From: Anaeramoeba ignava BMAN
Taxonomy: Eukaryota > Protista > Anaeramoebae
NCBI GenBank assembly: GCA_028826165.1
Contig: JAPDFW010000084.1
Location: 186,001 to 250,000 of the forward strand
Length of the DNA stretch: 64,000 nucleotides
Direction of reading: 5' to 3'
Shown in pieces: positions 58,614-64,000 of the stretch; position 1 is the stretch's first letter, and every line of letters begins with the position of its first letter. A program made the position numbers and the translations under genes. A model generated the notes under the pieces. That model ran no database searches and was not told the origin of the DNA. It worked only from the letters and a program-made list of their open reading frames with translations.

Positions 58614-61105
58614 ATGACATCACAAAAAACAATAATAACAAAAACAAAAAAAAAACATGATAGAGGAATTAGATTTCAATTAGTTCATAGAGAACAAAGA
58701 GATCCAACAAGATATGAAGATGAAACTTCAGAATTAGTTTTAAAACCAATTAATGCAAGAATTGTTAATTCTCCTAATACTGTATATTCTCAATAATTTT
58801 AATAATCAATTTAATAATAAATTAAATAATAAATTTAATAATAATTTTAATAATAATTTTAATAATAATTTTAATAATAATTTTAATAATAATTTTAATA
58901 ATAATTTTAATAATAATTTTAATAATAAATTAAATAATAAATTTAATAATAAATTTAATAATAATTTAAATAATAAATTTAATAATAAATTTAATAATAA
59001 ATTTAATAATAAATTAAATAATAAATTTAATAATAAATTTAATAATAATTTTAATAATAATTTTAATAATAATTTTAATAATAATTTTTAATAATAAATT
59101 TAATAACAAATTTAATAACAATTTTAATAATAAATATAATAAATCATTTTGATAATAATTTTAATAATAATTTTAATAATAATTTTAATAATAATTTTAA
59201 TAATAATTTTAATAATAATTTTATATATAATTTTATATATAATTTTATATATAATTTTATATATAATTTTATATATAATTTTATATATAATTTTATATAT
59301 AATTTTATATATAATTTTATATATAATTTTATATATAATTTTATATATAAATTTAATAATAAATTTAATAATAATTTAAATAATAATTTTAATAATAATT
59401 TTTAATAATAAATTTAATAATAAATTTAATAATAAATATAATAATTTTAATAATAATTTTAATAATAATTTTAATAATAAATTTAATAATAATTTTAATA
59501 ATAATTTTAATAATAATTTTAATAATAATTTTAATAATAATTTTAATAATAATTTTAATAATAAATTTAATAATAAATTTAATAATAAATTTAATAATAA
59601 ATTTAATAATAAATTTAATAATAAATATATTAATAATTTTAATAATAATTTTAATAATAATTTTAATAATAATTTTAATAATAATTTTAATAATAATTTT
59701 AATAATAATTTTAATAATAATTTTAATAATAATTTTAATAATAATTTTATAATCAATTTAATAATAATAGAAAAATAATGAAGAAGATGTTATTACAATC
59801 AAAGATAGCAAAACAAAACAAACACAAAAACTTCCAAAAGAATTATTTGGAGATAATAATCTACTTCCAATAGATACACTTCAACAACCAGGAATAAATC
59901 GAAATTTAGATTTAGATATTGATCCAGATATTGCATTAGCATTAGAATCTGGAAGTGATAATGAATATCAAGAAATTGAAGATAATTTTGTTGAATTAGC
60001 ACAAGGAGTTGAAGATAAAGATAAAGAAAATGAAAATGAAAATGAAATTTATAATGATGATAAAGAATATCCAGATTCTTTTGATGATTCTTTTGATGGT
60101 TCTTTTGATAGTCAATTTAAATCACATCATTCAAAAAAATTTGATACTGCTTCTAATTTTTCTCATATTTCAAATAGATCCCAATATTTAAATTTTTTGG
60201 AAGAGAAATTTGAAGTTGTTTTGAGAAAGGAATTTGGTTATGAAAGTTCTGATGATGAAATGAATATGGAATATGATGATAAAATTCAAGAAAGTATCAA
60301 GGAAAATCAACCTAAACTTAAATCATTTAAACAAATTGATTCGATACTTGATGAATTTATTGAAGAGACAAAAAACAAGGATCAAATATTGGAAAACAAA
60401 CAAAAAAGAAACAAAAAAGATGAAAAAGATGAAAAAGATGAAAAAGATGAAATACATGAAATAAATGAAAAAGATGAAATAAATGAAAAAGATGAAATAA
60501 ACAAAAAAGATAAAATGAATGAAATACATGAAATGAATGAAAAACATGAAATGAACAAAAAAGATAAAATGAATGAAATAAATCAAAAACATGAAATGAA
60601 TGAAAAAAATGAAATAAATGAAATAAAAGAAAAAGATGAAATAAATGAAAAAGATAAAAAAGTTGAAAGTGATGAAGAAATAAATATAATGAACGAACAA
60701 TTTTATCTTACTCATAAAGAAAAACTAGAATTTGATTGTGAATCAATTATTAGTACACAATCTAATTTTGAAAATCAACCAACAAAAATTTCAATTCCAA
60801 AAAAAAAAGTCAAAAAAATAACAAAACAAGAAAAAAATCCTGTTCAACTTTCTAAAAAAACAGGAATACCATTGGGTGTACTTCCAAAAAAGAAAGAACA
60901 AGAAGAAAAAAAGAAAAATACAAATCTTGGAAAAGCAAGAGAAAAAGAAACTTTAAAAGAAAAAAAAGAAAGAAAGAAAAAAATTAAAGAAGAAAGAAGA
61001 AAAAGAAGAAAAGAAAAAAAAGAAACAAAAGAACTTTATCGTCAAGAAGAATTGCAAATTAAAAAGAATTTTTATAATTCTGAAAAATCTGTTTTAAAAC
61101 TTTAA
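58614..61105 (+). CDS. LTV1: 40S ribosome biogenesis factor LTV1
   Basis: RFQLVHREQRDP, IDPDIALAL, IEDNFVELA, DCESIISTQSNFENQP, LSKKTGIP, ETLKEKKERKKKIKEERR. A ~1-kb AAT-rich intron (donor 58764 or 58782, acceptor 59770). Confidence 0.88.
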
Positions 61106-61179
61106 AAGAAAAAAAAACAGAATTAAAAAATTAAAAAATTAAAAAATTAAAAATCATTTTTTTCTTTTCTTTTCAAAAA

Positions 61180-61923
61180 ATGAATCTTGTTTTTGTTTAT
61201 GGAACATTAATGAAAGGATTATCAAATCATTTTTTATTAGAAAATTCAGAGAGTAAATTTATAGGAAAAGCAATAACAATAAAAAAATATCATTTAACAG
61301 CTTCAGAAATTCCTTTTGTAAATTCTGAAATTCAAACAAGTTTTATTTTGGGTGAAGTTTATCAAGTTTCTAATTCTGTTTTAAAGAAATTGGATAAACT
61401 TGAATTTCATCCAAATTGGTATAAAAGAGAAATTATACAAATCAAAATTATTGATGAAAATGAAAATGAAGATGAAAATCAAAATCAAAATGAAAATCAA
61501 AATCAAAATGAAAATCAAAATCAAAATCAAAATCAAAATGAAAATCAAAATCAAAATCAAAATCAAAATCAAAATCAAAATCAAAATGAAAATGAAAATG
61601 AAAATAAAAATCAAAATCAAAATCAAAATCAAAATCAAAATCAAAATCAAAATGAAAATGAAAATCAAAATGAAAATCAAAATCAAAATCAAAATCAAAA
61701 TCAAAATCAAAATCAAAATCAAAATCAAAATCAAAATCAAAATGAAAATCAAAATCAAAATCAAAATCAAAATCAAAATCAAAATCAAAATCAAAATGAA
61801 AATCAAAATGTTTTGAATGCTTATATCTATTTTAATAACACTGATTTTGGATTTGTAATTAAATCTGGTGATTTTCGTCAATATATAGAAATAATAGAAA
61901 AATCAAAACAAAAACAAAAATAA
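61180..61923 (+). CDS. Gamma-glutamylcyclotransferase (GGACT/AIG2-like) with ~120-aa (QN/EN)n insertion
   Basis: VFVYGTLMKGLSNH, GEVYQV...LDKLEFHPNWYKR, then the repeat, then AYIYF...IKSGDF. Confidence 0.85.
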   Translation: MNLVFVYGTLMKGLSNHFLLENSESKFIGKAITIKKYHLTASEIPFVNSEIQTSFILGEVYQVSNSVLKKLDKLEFHPNWYKREIIQIKIIDENENEDENQNQNENQNQNENQNQNQNQNENQNQNQNQNQNQNQNENENENKNQNQNQNQNQNQNQNENENQNENQNQNQNQNQNQNQNQNQNQNQNENQNQNQNQNQNQNQNQNENQNVLNAYIYFNNTDFGFVIKSGDFRQYIEIIEKSKQKQK

Positions 61924-61949
61924 AATTAAAATGAAAAAATAATTTTAAT

Positions 61950-62786
61950 TCATTTTTCTTTTGTTTTCTCTCCAAAAAATTTCGGTAATAAATTTTGGTA
62001 AATTTGATAATTTTCTTGAGTATAAACATTAAAGACAATTAAATCAAAAGCATCTGGATTTTGTGAAATCCAATCACTAACAGTTTTTAAAGCGATTTTT
62101 GTAGCAAAAGAAGGATCATATCCAAACATGCCACAAGAAATACAACAAAAAGCAATAGATTTAACAGAATTTTTGAAAGCAATATCAAGAGAAGAACGGT
62201 AACAAGAAGCGAGTAAATGGGGGTCATTATTGCTTTTAGGGCCAACAGTGTGGATTACAAATTTGACAGGAAGGCAAAAACCTTCAGTAATTTTTGCTTT
62301 TCCTTCTGGTTCTAAATGGTCTTGATTTTCCATGATTTCTTTGCATTTTTGTCTTAAACGAGGACCTGCTTTCATGTGGATTCTGTTATCAATACAAGGA
62401 TGATTTGGTACAAAACAACCGAGTAAATACTCATTTGCTGCATTAACAATTGCATCAATTTTTAAATCTGTTATATCCCCTTTATAAAGTGAAATTTTCT
62501 TATTGAATTCTAAACGTGGAAGTTCAAGTGAGTTTATTATTGTTGTTTTCGATAGTTCAAAAAGTAATAAGTTGTCAACTTGTTTTAATGTTGATTCGGG
62601 AAAATTGTTCTCAAAAATTGTTAATAATCTTTGTAATTCTTTTCGTATTTTTTTTGGTTTTTTTCTTTCTAAAAATTCTATAAATTTTTTTTGTTTTATT
62701 TCGTTTTTTGGATTCATGTCTTTAAATACTTGAATTGTTGTTTGATAAAGAAGTTTTGGATAATCAATTTCAGTTTCTTTTTCCAT
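61950..62786 (-). CDS. Zinc-dependent macrodomain ADP-ribosyl hydrolase (Zn-Macro, SirTM-associated type)
   Basis: GDITDLKIDAIVNAAN, LLGCFVPNHPCIDNRIHMKAG (Cx4HxC loop), VIHTVGP, SIAFCCISCGMFGY, and an N-terminal helical extension. Intronless. Confidence 0.88.
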   Translation of the reverse strand: MEKETEIDYPKLLYQTTIQVFKDMNPKNEIKQKKFIEFLERKKPKKIRKELQRLLTIFENNFPESTLKQVDNLLLFELSKTTIINSLELPRLEFNKKISLYKGDITDLKIDAIVNAANEYLLGCFVPNHPCIDNRIHMKAGPRLRQKCKEIMENQDHLEPEGKAKITEGFCLPVKFVIHTVGPKSNNDPHLLASCYRSSLDIAFKNSVKSIAFCCISCGMFGYDPSFATKIALKTVSDWISQNPDAFDLIVFNVYTQENYQIYQNLLPKFFGEKTKEK

Positions 62787-63049
62787 TTTATTATTAAATT
62801 TACTTATTAAAAAATAAATGAAAAAAATGAAAAAAAATTAAAATGAAAAAATTTATTTTTCTTCTTTTTTTTTTCTTCTTTTTTTTAATAAAGAAAAAAA
62901 TTTTTTTTAATTTTTTCTTTTTTAATTTTATTGTTTATTAAATCAAGCAAAGTTTACGAAATTTTAAAAGAAATTTATTAAAATTTATAAAATAGAAAAT
63001 TTATAAATGAAAAAAAAGCTCTTTTTATTTTAAAAAAAAATAGTTTTTG

Positions 63050-64000
63050 GATAAAATCAATTTACAAATCAATTTCACAAATCAATTTCACAAATCAATT
63101 TCTCAATCAATTTCAAGTTATAAATCAATTTCAAGTTATAAATCAATTTCAATTTCTCAACCAATTTCAAGTTATAAATCAATTTCTCAATCAATTTCTC
63201 AATCAATTTCTCAATCAATTTCTCAATCAATTTCTCAATCAATTTCTCAATCAATTTCTCAATCAATTTCAAGTTATAAATCAATTTCAAGTTATAAATC
63301 AATTTCTCAATCAATTTATAAATCAATTTCTCAATCAATTTATAAATCAATTTCTCAATCAATTTATAAATCAATTTCTCAATCAATTTCAAGTTATAAA
63401 TCAATTTCACAACCAATTTCAATTTATAAATCAATTTCAAGTTATAAATCAATTTCAAGTTATAAATCAATTTCTCAAATCAATTTCTCAATCAATTTCA
63501 ATTTATAAATCAATTTCAATTTATAAATCAATTTCAATTTATAAATCAATTTCAATTTCTCAATCAATTTCAATTTATAAATCAATTTCAAGTTATAAAT
63601 CAATTTCAATTTATAAATCAATTTCAAGTTATAAATCAATTTCAATTTATAAATCAATTTCAAGTTATAAATCAATTTCTCAATCAATTTCAATTTATAA
63701 ATCAATTTCAAATCAATTTCAATTTATAAATCAATTTCAATTTATAAATCAATTTCAATTTATAAATCAATTTCAAGTTATAAATCAATTTCAAGTTATA
63801 AATCAATTTCAATTTATAAATCAATTTCAATTTCTCAATCAATTTCAAGTTATAAATCAATTTCTCAATCAATTTCAAGTTATAAATCAATTTCTCAATC
63901 AATTTCAAGTTATAAATCAATTTCAATTTCAAGTTATAAATCAATTTCAAGTTATAAATCAATTTCAAGTTATAAATCAATTTCAATTTATAAATCAATT
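63050..64000. repeat. Compound minisatellite of ATCAATTTC with AAGTTATAA / AATTTATAA / TCA linkers (12- and 18-bp units)
   Basis: Direct inspection; runs off the window end. Confidence 0.9.

Overview
Extremely AT-rich, intron-containing eukaryotic DNA, probably a protist. The nuclear intein, microsatellite-filled introns and bacterial-type metabolic genes suggest Anaeramoeba or a relative (inference, not verified). About 18 protein-coding genes were reconstructed by hand: MCM7 carrying a 477-aa Ser1 intein with a degenerate LAGLIDADG domain, DBF4 (tail-to-tail with MCM7), two tandem bacterial-type lysine epsilon-aminotransferases, a Ubl-Zn-RING-BTB protein, a zizimin-type DOCK GEF, a 3R-Myb, DPH7, Scc2/NIPBL, a TVP15/COPI-associated membrane protein, three tandem coiled-coil-BTB paralogues (one with an 870-bp in-frame foreign-looking insert), two hypothetical proteins, TM2D3, LTV1, a gamma-glutamylcyclotransferase with a long (QN)n insert, and a zinc-dependent SirTM-type macrodomain. 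Non-coding features include a ~160-bp satellite array, repeat-filled introns almost free of G on the sense strand, and a T-tract/TCATTTT Inr-like motif before most start codons. Several single-base frameshifts fall in homopolymers or microsatellites and are probably assembly errors. No tRNA, rRNA or CRISPR was recognised.
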